NCBI GenBank assembly: GCA_963704755.1
Contig: OY969938.1
Coordinates: 3,660,001-3,692,000, forward strand
Direction of reading: 5' to 3'
DNA length: 32,000 nt
DNA from: an uncultured Chloroflexia bacterium
GTDB lineage: Bacteria > Chloroflexota > Anaerolineae > Anaerolineales > Anaerolineaceae
Shown: positions 9,168-18,362 of the stretch, in pieces
How the letters are laid out: each line of letters opens with the position of its first letter
Position numbering within the stretch: position 1 is the stretch's first letter
The notes under the pieces: model-generated
The model's database searches: none
What the model was told of the DNA's origin: nothing
Seen by the model: only the letters and a program-made list of their open reading frames with translations
Position numbers and translations under genes: made by a program

Positions 9168-10175
9168 CTATAAAGCTTCGACTTTCGATTCGCTGTGGAC
9201 AGGGGTAAGGTGGACCGATTTCAAGTCCCCGTCCGAAATTTTAAAATGGGTATCGAGCAGCCCCTCTACTACACTGACCAGCCCCATAGCATCGAAACCA
9301 TACTTTTTCATCAGATAAGGCCTGCTTGCGCCATGGGCATAAACATCCTGTAAGCCCATCCGGACTAATTTCTTCCCTAACCCGTTTTCGGCGATCATTT
9401 CGGCGACCGCAGTTCCCAGCCCGCCGACAACGGTGTGATTTTCCATCGTAATGATGCCGCCGCGGTTCTTGGCTAAGGCTTCGAGGACCAGCGGATCATT
9501 GAACGGTTTGTGGGTGGAAATGTGCAGGTGCTGGATGCCTACCCCTTGCTGGCGTAGGAGCGAAGTCACCCGCATGGCCTCTTCGGTACAAATCCCGCTG
9601 CTCAAAATTGTGATATCGTCTCCGGTGCTGAGCACGCGCGCTTTGCCCAGTTCCATCGGCTCGGAAACTGGGAACAATCGTGAAACCTCTCCGCGGAGCA
9701 TACGCACATAAACGGGGCCAGGGATCTCGTGGGCGAGCGCAATCACACTCTCGACTTCGGTTGCATCCCCACATTCCAGAATCGTCATATTGGGGATGGC
9801 TCTAACGAGGGCGATATCATCGGTAGCCTGGTGGGTCATTCCACCGGGAGTCATAATGCCCGGGAGAAACCCAATCAGTTTCACCGGTAAATTGGGATAA
9901 GCGATCGATACGGAAAGTTGGTGGAATGCCTGGCGATAGATAAAGACTGCAAATGTGTGCACGTACGGAACAAAGCCCTGCCTGGACAGGCCGGCGGCCC
10001 AACTAAGCATATTTTCCTCGGCGATTCCCATCGAGAAGAATTTATCGGGATAAGCGTTGCGGAAATCGCTGGCTTCGCAGGAACCGGTCAAATCGGCGGA
10101 CAGAACGACCACTTCCGGATGGTCTTTTGCAAACGCGACAAGATTGTGCGCATGAGGATTTTTTACAATTTCCAT
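9168..10175 (-). CDS. transketolase, C-terminal (pyrimidine-binding) subunit
   Basis: 335 aa. It shows the typical split-transketolase C-subunit pattern (VVLSADLTGS, FSMGIAEENM, PVKLIG, GMTHQATDDIA). Confidence 0.9.
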   Translation of the reverse strand: MEIVKNPHAHNLVAFAKDHPEVVVLSADLTGSCEASDFRNAYPDKFFSMGIAEENMLSWAAGLSRQGFVPYVHTFAVFIYRQAFHQLSVSIAYPNLPVKLIGFLPGIMTPGGMTHQATDDIALVRAIPNMTILECGDATEVESVIALAHEIPGPVYVRMLRGEVSRLFPVSEPMELGKARVLSTGDDITILSSGICTEEAMRVTSLLRQQGVGIQHLHISTHKPFNDPLVLEALAKNRGGIITMENHTVVGGLGTAVAEMIAENGLGKKLVRMGLQDVYAHGASRPYLMKKYGFDAMGLVSVVEGLLDTHFKISDGDLKSVHLTPVHSESKVEAL

Positions 10176-10180
10176 GATGA

Positions 10181-11134
10181 TTACTCCCTGGCCACCTTGG
10201 CCGACACCAGATCCTCATAAAAGGCTTGATACGCACTTCGTTCCTCTTCGCTCTTGAAGCGAACATAATGGAGGAAGGGCCGGCGCGCTTCAAGGAGAGG
10301 CAATCCTTTGCAAGGATTTGTATAAGCCAGCACAACGACGGGCTTTTCTTTACCCATTTGCTCTACCGGGGCCACCAAAGCATCGAGATCGTGCCCGTTT
10401 ACTTCCACTGCAATTGCTCCAAAAGCGTCAAGCCTTTTCTGCAAGGGCTCGACGTTCATCACGATGGACGTGGGACCATCACATTGCTGCCCATTAATGT
10501 CGATGTACACGCAGACGTTCCCTAATTTGTAATAAGCCAGGGCGGCGACGGCCTCCCAGACCTGGCCTTCTTCCATCTCGCCATCCGTCATAAAAACAAA
10601 CACCCTTCCGGGCTCCCCTTTGAGCTTGCGCGCGTGCGCAACCCCGCCGGCCACGCTGATTGCCTGGGCTAAGGAACCCGCCATGACCTCGAAACCGGGC
10701 GAATGGTCTGCCCCGATCATTTCCAGGGTGCTGCCATCCTTGTTGAACTCGGATAATCCGCCGACGTCCATTCTGCCCGCCTCAATCAGGGCTGCGTATT
10801 CTACTAGCGCATAATGGCCCGGCGAAACAAAAAAGCGATCATACTGTGGGGCGATTGGACCGTTATAGTCTGCCCCACGGATTGGGTGGGGGTTGTTCGG
10901 GCCAGGCACCGTATTGAAAGAAGGTGGAATCATAGGAGCTTGACTGGGACCTAATTTCAGTACTTTTGTGTAAAGCGCAGCAAAAATTTCTGCTGAGGAG
11001 CAGGCCTGGCTAAGATAGCCCCCATTATTTTTCAAAATATGCTCCAGCACCCGTGATCGAATGCCGTCAGCAACCTTTTGAGCCTGTTCCTGCCAATCCT
11101 GCTTTTCAAGAACGACTGCTTCATTCATGATCAA
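10181..11134 (-). CDS. transketolase, N-terminal (thiamine-diphosphate-binding) subunit
   Basis: 317 aa. Motifs seen: GGYLSQACSSAEIFAALY, SPGHYALVEY, and the TPP motif MTDGEMEEGQVWEA. Confidence 0.9.
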   Translation of the reverse strand: MIMNEAVVLEKQDWQEQAQKVADGIRSRVLEHILKNNGGYLSQACSSAEIFAALYTKVLKLGPSQAPMIPPSFNTVPGPNNPHPIRGADYNGPIAPQYDRFFVSPGHYALVEYAALIEAGRMDVGGLSEFNKDGSTLEMIGADHSPGFEVMAGSLAQAISVAGGVAHARKLKGEPGRVFVFMTDGEMEEGQVWEAVAALAYYKLGNVCVYIDINGQQCDGPTSIVMNVEPLQKRLDAFGAIAVEVNGHDLDALVAPVEQMGKEKPVVVLAYTNPCKGLPLLEARRPFLHYVRFKSEEERSAYQAFYEDLVSAKVARE

Positions 11135-11488
11135 AGTAATCTCCCGAAATATTTACTTGAAATTTATTTCATGTTATGAAAATTATTTCATTGGATAGGT
11201 CAATTATAGGAGGATCTACGGTTTGAAAAAAATGACATTCCTCATATTAAAGTTCGCTGTTTGTCATATTGAGGCGAATCGGGTAATTTTCGCCACATCC
11301 TGCGGCCTTGCCTCTAACCAAAACGGCACAATTGGGCCAGGGATGCCCGGTCAAATAATCTCTGACACCATGGACCTTCTCGGATCGATTGGGATCCTGC
11401 TGAGGTTCGGCCGGAAACATCTATTTGGAATGTATCCATAGGCTTGAAAAAAGAAGCAGCGTTCTTCGAATAGGTTCATCGATAATTA

Positions 11489-11929
11489 ATGGCCGATTTT
11501 ATCGGCGCGTACACCTGGGAAGAAATTTGTCGCGAATGGACCATCCGGGCAAGCAATCGTGGAATCCTGGCCCTCTATCCTGACCGTGTGGAAAGTGATT
11601 GGGGAAAAGATTACCAGGTGGATGTCGTCGGTATCAATACGATGAAAAGACACCTGATCTTAGGTGAGTGCAAATGGATCAAAGAACGTGGAAAGGCAAC
11701 TATTTTATAGGAGCTGGTTGAGAAAAAAACGCCCAAAGTTGTTCCGCCTTCCGGGAACTGGCAGGTATACTTCCTGGGGTTCTCGCGTGGTGGCTGGAAC
11801 GAAAATGCCGTTGAATATGCGCGGAATCTCTCTCAAGCGCATCCGGCGGGTATAAATTGGCAAATGCAAGGAATCCGGTTACTCACGCCGGAGGACATAG
11901 ATACAGATTTGCGTGAATGGGCAAATTGA
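11489..11929 (+). pseudogene. 5'-truncated, amber-interrupted copy of the C-terminal (DUF234-like) part of the ATPase gene at 30482..31967
   Basis: It aligns codon for codon with 31524..31967, with about 85 percent nt identity over the first 100 nt by hand count. The first 73 aa differ at 7 positions. An in-frame TAG at 11708-11710 replaces the CAG of the full copy. The frame otherwise stays open to TGA 11927-11929. Homology stops abruptly upstream of 11489. Confidence 0.8.
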
Positions 11930-12071
11930 TAATTCTGCTAATTTCTCAACCCATGCTGTAACGATAGCATTTTTGTGGAACCAACCATTTTCCTTCCCCC
12001 TGCGGGTACGATGAGGCATCGGGGAGAGGGATTTCCCCACTTGTGATCGACGGTTGGCAGACGGTACAGCT

Positions 12072-12734
12072 TCAAAGCTCGTTCTTTTTATAGATCAGCT
12101 TTGAAAATGAACTCGAAATCAGCACCAGAATTAATCCCAATCCGATAGCGGCAATCCCCCAAATCATCGTTTGATTGGGAGAGAAATATTGAAACTCCTG
12201 GCTCAGTTGATGCAGAAAATTGGTCTTCTTCACCAGATACACCAGGGACACGGCCACCAGATAAACGGGTAAATTCGAAAAGATATAAACCTTTGAAAAA
12301 GAGAAGTGAAAATAGAGCGGCAATTGGATTGAAATATACAGGCAGACGTAAAGGAAAGCAGCAGAAAAGAAGGTCAAGAATTCCAGGTAACCTATTCTGA
12401 CGTTGAGGATCTGCGAAAGGATGCTTGCAAGGATCCCAGAAAAAACCTCGTTGAACATGCCGAAAAGCAAGGCGTAGGCATATCTGCCGATCACGACTTC
12501 CGATCTTTTCAGAGGCAAGGTACCATACAGCTTGCTGAGGTTGTTCCTTTCGTAGGCCAAAAAATACACACTTATGAAAGGCGCCGCAACAACCGTAACC
12601 ACCGGTATGGTGACCACCGGCACTTTGAAAACGATAGCGATGACCGCCGCGAGCACATACACCATCATAAAGATCTTATAGTACGCCTTGAGAACAGCGT
12701 GATCCAGCTTGATCGATTTTATAATGTTAGCCAT
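12072..12734 (-). CDS. ABC-2-type integral membrane protein (putative permease partner of the adjacent ATPase)
   Basis: 220 aa with about 6 hydrophobic helices. It lies immediately downstream of the ABC ATPase in a GntR-ABC-permease arrangement typical of YtrA-type modules. Confidence 0.6.
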   Translation of the reverse strand: MANIIKSIKLDHAVLKAYYKIFMMVYVLAAVIAIVFKVPVVTIPVVTVVAAPFISVYFLAYERNNLSKLYGTLPLKRSEVVIGRYAYALLFGMFNEVFSGILASILSQILNVRIGYLEFLTFFSAAFLYVCLYISIQLPLYFHFSFSKVYIFSNLPVYLVAVSLVYLVKKTNFLHQLSQEFQYFSPNQTMIWGIAAIGLGLILVLISSSFSKLIYKKNEL

Positions 12735-12741
12735 GATTGCC

Positions 12742-13587
12742 CTATCTCTTACTGATCGCCACCAGAATTTCGTCGATCGAGGGAGGGGCGGTAACGATCT
12801 CTTCGGGTAAATATTTTTCTTCCGAGGCCGGGATAAGCCCGGAAAAGCCGGTTTTATTTTTTTTGAGGCCGATGATCTTCTCCCCGAATGGTTCCAGTAG
12901 ATCTTTTGGCCCGCCCTTGACGATCCGGTAGCTGTCGATCAGGTCATCTTTTGTCCCGGAGTAAAAAATACTCCCATCCTCGATCAGGGTGATATAGTCT
13001 GCAATTCGTTCCAGGTCGTTCGTGTCGTGGGTCGAAAGGAGAATGCTTTTCTCTTCGTCGACATAGTCGCTTAATATTTGAATAAGTTCGTCACGGGCCA
13101 CGGGATCCAGCCCGCTGGTCGGCTCATCCAGGATCAGCAGTTTCGCCTCGTGCGACAACGCCACGGCAAGCATCAGATTCAATCTCATCCCACGCGAGAG
13201 GTCTTTGACTCTCTTGTCCAAAGGCAGGCGGAATTGTTGCGCATATTGGCCGAATGCGGCGCTGTTCCAGTTAATATAGAAGGGTTTCAGGGTTTGCTCG
13301 ACTTCGCGCACGGTCCATTGATTGAAAAAAAAGATTTCATCCAGGACCACGGCAACATCCTGCTTGATTCTCTGCTCATCGCGCAGATTATCCAGGCCCA
13401 ATAATTTAACCTCGCCCCCTTCACGGCCGGTCATATTCAGCAAGAGCCGGATGGTGGTGGTTTTGCCGGCGCCGTTTTGGCCCACGAAGCCCATGATGTA
13501 GCCGGTGGGTAAAGAAAAGGATATATCCTTCAGGGTAAAATCCTTGTATTCCTTGTGAAGATTTCGGACCTCGATGGCATTATCCAT
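12742..13587 (-). CDS. ABC transporter ATP-binding protein
   Basis: Walker A is GQNGAGKTT, the signature is LSRGM, and Walker B is LLILDEPTSGLD. I place the start at MDNAIEVRNL (13587), an 8 nt overlap with the GntR stop. The longer track ORF (to 13710) would lie inside the GntR gene. Confidence 0.9.
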   Translation of the reverse strand: MDNAIEVRNLHKEYKDFTLKDISFSLPTGYIMGFVGQNGAGKTTTIRLLLNMTGREGGEVKLLGLDNLRDEQRIKQDVAVVLDEIFFFNQWTVREVEQTLKPFYINWNSAAFGQYAQQFRLPLDKRVKDLSRGMRLNLMLAVALSHEAKLLILDEPTSGLDPVARDELIQILSDYVDEEKSILLSTHDTNDLERIADYITLIEDGSIFYSGTKDDLIDSYRIVKGGPKDLLEPFGEKIIGLKKNKTGFSGLIPASEEKYLPEEIVTAPPSIDEILVAISKR

Positions 13588-13963
13588 CCCGATTTTCCCC
13601 CAGTACGAAGTCGAGAATCTTGAATAATTCGTCGCGGGATAAGTTGGCCACCCTGGCGGCGTTGGCCGCGGCTGAAAAATTATCTTCGATCTTGCGCAGG
13701 AGCTGCTCACGCACCATCTCGCTGTTTTTCGGCAAGACGAAGCAGCCCCGACCCTGTTGGATGGCGATATAGCCTTCCTGCTCTAGCTCGGCATAGGCCC
13801 GGTTCGTCGTGATGACACTGATTTTCAAATCCTTCGCAAGCTGCCTGATCGAAGGGAGCAGGTCACCCTCTTTCAATTCATCACAGAGGATCGACTCCTT
13901 GATTTGTTCCTCGATCTGTTCATAGATGGGCTCTTTTGAAGTATTTTGGATAATGATTCGCAC
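13580..13963 (-). CDS. GntR-family transcriptional regulator, YtrA subfamily
   Basis: 127 aa. The short effector domain and winged HTH (PIYEQIEEQIKESI...LPSIRQLAKDLKISVITTNRAYAELEQEGYI) fit the YtrA subfamily. The start is GTG, with agggtg SD 6 nt upstream. Confidence 0.9.
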   Translation of the reverse strand: MRIIIQNTSKEPIYEQIEEQIKESILCDELKEGDLLPSIRQLAKDLKISVITTNRAYAELEQEGYIAIQQGRGCFVLPKNSEMVREQLLRKIEDNFSAAANAARVANLSRDELFKILDFVLGENRDG

Positions 13964-14047
13964 GGTCTTTCACCCTTTAGCCTGAACAAGCGACCAGAAA
14001 AGCTGGCCGCGTTTTGTGGGCCATGCAAAAGATGGACATGGAGATTG

Positions 14048-14078
14048 CTCTGCAACGAACCAGTGGTTCGTTGCAGAG
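14048..14078. promoter_or_regulatory. perfect 14 bp-stem palindrome ctctgcaacgaacc agt ggttcgttgcagag upstream of the ytrA-like gene
   Basis: The arms at 14048-14061 and 14065-14078 are exact reverse complements. It lies 85-115 bp upstream of the GntR start and 124 bp downstream of the DUF1254 stop. No T-run follows. It is a candidate YtrA operator or a transcript-end hairpin. Confidence 0.45.
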
Positions 14079-14201
14079 ACAGGTACCGACATGGAATACA
14101 TTGTAACCCGGATAATGCCAGGGCTCCTGGCGCTGCCCACTTCTGATGCCAGGATTTCTGATGCGGCATAGGGCAAGTGTAACATTCGTATCGAATGAGT
14201 G

Positions 14202-14801
14202 CTACTGACCTGGTTTCCATTGGCTCAATGGGGTGAGCTGGATCTGCTTTGAAAGATCATAAACGGTCGCTATGTCGCTGTCGCTTGCCACGAGGGCCCT
14301 TACGATAAGCAGCACAGAGTTATTCGGAGAGGAAACCTGCTTCATTCCGCCTGGCGCCTCTCCTTTCCAACCACGCCCCGCAATGAGATAGTCGCCCGCT
14401 TGCGTCCCTGTGGTGCGCGTGCCGACGTAGGCAAAATTCGTATTGTATGACGGGTTCGTGAACTGCACGCTGTAATAGCGATCGTTCATGTCGGGTACGC
14501 GCAAGACCAGCGGCTCTTTCCTGAGGTCTAACCAACCCAAGGTCAGGAGCGTATCGTGGTTCACGCCGGCTGTCGCCGAGTTCGAGCCGGTTTGCATTGT
14601 GATGGGCTCTGCAAAGAGTTTTTGGGGCTGGGTGTAAAGCGTATTGATCGGAATGGGGCCGTCGCCGAAGCCTTTAACAAGGATCGCCCGCTTGAACACG
14701 GACAGAAGCATGCGCGGCCAAAAGTAGATCACAAGGCACCATGCGACGACCATGACCACAGCGATAATTAGCAAATGCTGGTAGTATGGCATATCGATCA
14801 C
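14202..14801 (-). CDS. DUF1254-like domain protein with an N-terminal TM anchor (copy 1)
   Basis: 199 aa. After an N-terminal hydrophobic helix it reads GDGPIPINTLY...NHDTLLTLGWLDLRKEPLVLRVPDMNDRYYSVQF...GTRTTGTQAGDYLIAGRGWKG, the DUF1254 pattern as I remember it. A 4 nt ATGA overlap links it to the upstream gene. Confidence 0.75.
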   Translation of the reverse strand: MIDMPYYQHLLIIAVVMVVAWCLVIYFWPRMLLSVFKRAILVKGFGDGPIPINTLYTQPQKLFAEPITMQTGSNSATAGVNHDTLLTLGWLDLRKEPLVLRVPDMNDRYYSVQFTNPSYNTNFAYVGTRTTGTQAGDYLIAGRGWKGEAPGGMKQVSSPNNSVLLIVRALVASDSDIATVYDLSKQIQLTPLSQWKPGQ

Positions 14802-15460
14802 TTCCTTTCGTCGACCGGCGGCACCGTGTATTTGCCCTGGAGAATTTCTTCGCCGGGGATGTACACGCGCAGCCAGAGGATGAAGTTGTCCGCAGGCGCG
14901 GGCAGCCAGTTGGACTCGTGTCCCGCCGGGGCATCCTTCTGAATGTAAATATCGACAGAATCATCGGGGTTTTGCGCAAGGCCGGAACGATCGCTGACGC
15001 TGTAGCGGTTGATCGGATTCGCCACAAAGTGATTTCTCGCGTCTCCCATCGTAATCGACCAGAATGCATGGTTCGGCGGGAGCCCTCCTGCTGGAAAGTG
15101 CATGACGTAATCATGTGCTCCGGAGAGCGCATGGCCCGCGCCATCGCTGTTCGTCCACCAATACTGCGCCTCTTCTGATGTGTTCACCGGGCCGAGAAAT
15201 AGCTGGGCGTGCGCGGCACGCAGGAACATGCCGTTGCCGGGCTCACCCAACCCGTACAGGGTGATCCAGCCGTTGACCTTTTTGGCTTTGATCCGGGCGT
15301 AGATTTGGGCCGAGACGAACGCCAGCCCGAAGCCGATGAGCGCACCCTGGATCAGGTCACTGCTCAAAGTTCTTGGACGGGGGAAGAAGATTACACGGGT
15401 GAGGAAATAGACGCATACCGCGCCAATGAGTATCGTCAGGTAATTGTATGTTTTGCTCAT
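14798..15460 (-). CDS. DUF1214-like domain protein with an N-terminal TM anchor (copy 1)
   Basis: The start is placed at MSKTYNYLTILIG (15460), which forms an ATGA overlap with the upstream membrane-protein gene. The C-terminal NWLPAPADNFILWLRVYIPGEEILQGKYTVPPV is the characteristic DUF1214 end motif. Confidence 0.75.
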   Translation of the reverse strand: MSKTYNYLTILIGAVCVYFLTRVIFFPRPRTLSSDLIQGALIGFGLAFVSAQIYARIKAKKVNGWITLYGLGEPGNGMFLRAAHAQLFLGPVNTSEEAQYWWTNSDGAGHALSGAHDYVMHFPAGGLPPNHAFWSITMGDARNHFVANPINRYSVSDRSGLAQNPDDSVDIYIQKDAPAGHESNWLPAPADNFILWLRVYIPGEEILQGKYTVPPVDERK

Positions 15461-16203
15461 ATTGAAACCTTTTCTTGAGCGGGGATTCCTTTCAGGGGCA
15501 GGAACAGGGTGATCGCAACGACGAAGCAGAGCACCTTGGAGATCGCATTCAAGGCAATCGGGATGGGTGTACCTGGATAGGCGAAACCAAATCCGGCCCA
15601 AATGGCGAACACGAAGAACATGCCGGCCAGGGAGAACAGGGTAGATCTCGACAATTTCACCAATGGCGAGAGGGTAAGCAGGGAGAAGGTTGAAATTACG
15701 ATCAGAAATAACGGCAGGAAATAGAGCCCTCTGAACGGGGTCGCAGGTAATGGCGTGTAAACCTTTCCTACGACGATCAGATCAAAGGGGAGCTCGAATA
15801 TCCATGGTGCGGCCATCGTACCCAGGATGGCGTTGCCCAGCGCAATTTTCCAGCCGTACCGTCTGCAGATGACGAGGAGGATAATGAAGGTCACGACCAC
15901 CGCAGTGAACGTAACCGGCGCGATCCGGTCGGGGGGCAGAACGAACTTTCCCACTTGCCCGCTCGCCCTCTGTAGTTGGAATACGAGCCCATAAATGCGA
16001 GTCGCGTTAGCCGCTGTCACAATCGAGAGGATCCACAGCGCAAACAAGAAAAAGGTGACCGTCTTTCCAGGCCGGGCGGCTGTTAGCGGACGGCGCATGC
16101 GGGTGCCCACAATAATGAGCGCACCCGCGATGATCACCAGGATGATGGCCAGGACAACCGCTCCGCTGCCCGTATAGGGGCTCCAACTGCTATTGTAGAT
16201 CAT
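15457..16203 (-). CDS. polytopic integral membrane protein, unknown family (248 aa)
   Basis: It has about 6-7 hydrophobic segments. It is translationally coupled to the downstream DUF1214 gene. A TATAAT (plus 16248-16253) lies about 45 bp upstream. Confidence 0.6.
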   Translation of the reverse strand: MIYNSSWSPYTGSGAVVLAIILVIIAGALIIVGTRMRRPLTAARPGKTVTFFLFALWILSIVTAANATRIYGLVFQLQRASGQVGKFVLPPDRIAPVTFTAVVVTFIILLVICRRYGWKIALGNAILGTMAAPWIFELPFDLIVVGKVYTPLPATPFRGLYFLPLFLIVISTFSLLTLSPLVKLSRSTLFSLAGMFFVFAIWAGFGFAYPGTPIPIALNAISKVLCFVVAITLFLPLKGIPAQEKVSI

Positions 16204-16365
16204 AGTCTATGCTCCGGTGTGCTGCATGGATTGGATGCGATATTCGCATTATACTGGTCGGAAATGACATAAATACTCATTTAGAGTCTCTTTTTTTCAG
16301 GAACTTAAGCAATCTTAATCCCTTGGTCATTGAATGGAATGGCACAACCGCAGGGCAGTCGAATG

Positions 16366-16992
16366 CTACTGCCCGGGTGTCCATTGGGTCAACGGTGTGA
16401 GCTGGATTTGATTTGCAAGGGCATAGGCTGCCGGCGCGTCACTGTCGCTCTCGACAAGTGTGCGCCCGATCACGAGAACGGCATTGCCCGGCGAGGATAT
16501 CTGCGTGACTCCCGCCGGTACCGTTCCTTGCCATCCCGGACCGGTGATGAGGTAATCGCCAGCGTTTGTACCGGTGGCGCGTGTGCCGACTTCCGAGAAC
16601 ACGATACCCCTCGTTGGACTACAAAACTCAACGCTGTAATAACGCCCCGTTATATCCGGTACATGTAAAATTAAAGGTCCTTTGGAGAGATCGAGCCAGC
16701 CAACGGTGTAGAGCGTGTCGTGGTTCGCGCCGGTGGTCAGAAGATTGGACCCCGAAGCGGCATAGGGTGAAATGAAATTTTTGGCGGTCACTGTATAGAG
16801 CGTGTTGATGGGGATCGGCCCGTCTCCGAGGCCATTCTTGGTTATTCCCGTATAATACAAGCCGTACATCGAGATCGGGAAGACATAGAGGTAGAGGGGA
16901 ACAACGATAACCCACGCCACGAACATGGCCAGGCCGAAGGTGCGCAGGTAGTGTGTCTTTTTGGGTGCGTTCTTTTCCATAGAAGACCTCAT
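16366..16992 (-). CDS. DUF1254-like domain protein with an N-terminal TM anchor (copy 2)
   Basis: It is a paralog of 14202..14801: GDGPIPINTLY, NHDTLYTVGWLDLSKGPLILHVPDITGRYYSVEF, GTRATGTNAGDYLITGPGWQG, and an identical IQLTPL.QW.PGQ C-terminus. Confidence 0.75.
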   Translation of the reverse strand: MRSSMEKNAPKKTHYLRTFGLAMFVAWVIVVPLYLYVFPISMYGLYYTGITKNGLGDGPIPINTLYTVTAKNFISPYAASGSNLLTTGANHDTLYTVGWLDLSKGPLILHVPDITGRYYSVEFCSPTRGIVFSEVGTRATGTNAGDYLITGPGWQGTVPAGVTQISSPGNAVLVIGRTLVESDSDAPAAYALANQIQLTPLTQWTPGQ

Positions 16993-17591
16993 TTCGTCAG
17001 AGTGACAGGCGGCACCTGATATGTGCTGTTTAGAATTGCCGTGCCGGGTAAATAGACGCGCAGCCAGAGCTTGAAGTTGCCGGCCGGCGCCGGCAGCCAG
17101 TTTTGCTCATGACCGGCCGGGGCGGTGTTTTGGAGATAGATATCCACTGAGCCGTCATCGTTTTGGACGAGGCCAGACGCGCCGCCGACGTTGTAGCGGT
17201 TGATAGGATTGTTCACGAATTTTTGTTGAGCGTCGGACATGGTGAGCGACCAGGTGGCGTCATTCGGCGGGAGTCCTCCGGCCGGGAAGTGCAGGATGTA
17301 GTCGTGCTGGCCGTTGAGTGTCTGGCCGGTGCTATCCACGGTCGTCGTCCAATACACTTCCTCTTGCGGCAAATTGACTGCAGGTAGAACACTGGCGCAA
17401 GCGTCTTGAATAAGGATGCCGTTGCCCGAGACTCCGCACTTCAGGGTAGTATTCCATCCGTTGACGGTCGTTTGGATGGCCTTGAACTCAATAATATTGA
17501 AACGCGTAACCATGACCAATGCCAGCACTACCCCAACGATAATTCCCAGGATCACCAAAAGGATGCTTATGATCGTTCTTTTCCAGTTCAT
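16989..17591 (-). CDS. DUF1214-like domain protein with an N-terminal TM anchor (copy 2)
   Basis: It is a paralog of 14798..15460: HDYILHFPAGGLPPN, NPINRYNV, SVDIYLQNTAPAGHEQNWLPAPAGNFKLWLRVYLPG. A 4 nt overlap links it to the downstream DUF1254 gene. Confidence 0.75.
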   Translation of the reverse strand: MNWKRTIISILLVILGIIVGVVLALVMVTRFNIIEFKAIQTTVNGWNTTLKCGVSGNGILIQDACASVLPAVNLPQEEVYWTTTVDSTGQTLNGQHDYILHFPAGGLPPNDATWSLTMSDAQQKFVNNPINRYNVGGASGLVQNDDGSVDIYLQNTAPAGHEQNWLPAPAGNFKLWLRVYLPGTAILNSTYQVPPVTLTK

Positions 17592-17621
17592 GAAGGCGTA
17601 CCTCTTTAATTTAATGGAGCC

Positions 17622-18362
17622 CTATTTCCATTTTGTAAGGATTTCTTCTCGTCTGAACGTCGTCTTGACCAGGTAGAAGACGATGATGTCGATGATGGCC
17701 AAGGCGGCAGCTATGATCAACATAGTGCCCGTGGTCAGCGTCATCACCTTGATTTCAGACAGCAGGTACAGAGCACCTAAAGGTAAAAGGATCAGTGCGC
17801 CGAACTGTTGGGCCGAGCGGACGTCGTTTACTTTTGAAGAGACAATGATGTTATAGCCAACGCTGAGGATGCAGGCCAGCGGAGCCAGCAGGAACAGGAT
17901 AATGGCAAAATTCGAATTGGGGAAATAATAGTAATTTAGAGTGCTGTGAGTGAACAGGTCCATCAGAACGGTAAAGATCAGTGCGCCGATATAGGTAGCG
18001 GCCATGGCCGGCAAGAAGGCGGCAATGCTCTTTCCGGCCAGAATTTCCGCGTCAGTCGTCGGCGTGGCCAGCAGGGGTTCCAAGCTTTTTTGAACTTTTT
18101 CGCCCACCAGGCTGTAAGCGGCGATCCCCAGGGGCGCTAAGCTGGCGCCGATGACGTACAGGAATGAGAAGGCATCCAGCAGGGTCGGAAGGATGGATGC
18201 GGCGGGTACCTTGGTGTTTCTGCTGGCGACGAACCGCATAAGGAACGGGAGGCCGATCGAGACGATCAACTCGAAATAGATGATCGTATAGAGGATGCTC
18301 TTCCTTTTCGTAAAAGTTTTAAAATCCTTGGATGCGACAATCCACGCTTTTGATAGTCTCAT
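17622..18362 (-). CDS. ABC-2 family transporter permease
   Basis: 246 aa with about 6 TM segments. A 4 nt overlap links it to the upstream ABC ATPase gene. Confidence 0.75.
   Translation of the reverse strand: MRLSKAWIVASKDFKTFTKRKSILYTIIYFELIVSIGLPFLMRFVASRNTKVPAASILPTLLDAFSFLYVIGASLAPLGIAAYSLVGEKVQKSLEPLLATPTTDAEILAGKSIAAFLPAMAATYIGALIFTVLMDLFTHSTLNYYYFPNSNFAIILFLLAPLACILSVGYNIIVSSKVNDVRSAQQFGALILLPLGALYLLSEIKVMTLTTGTMLIIAAALAIIDIIVFYLVKTTFRREEILTKWK

Noticed and set aside
11223-11441. 72 aa plus-strand ORF (TTG start) and an overlapping 57 aa minus-strand ORF (11247..11420, MFPAEPQQDPNRSEKVHGVRDYLTGHPWPNCAVLVRGKAAGCGENYPIRL...)
   Set aside because: Neither has an SD or a motif I can place. 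They overlap each other in a region next to a gene fragment, so either could be a decayed remnant. This needs BLASTX, not a call.
12742-13710. Long (322 aa) version of the ABC ATPase ORF, and the long (267 aa) version of 14798..15601
   Set aside because: The N-terminal extensions overlap the upstream genes (GntR and the polytopic membrane protein) out of frame and look non-protein-like. Internal Met starts (13587 and 15460) give canonical N-termini and ATGA-type coupling.
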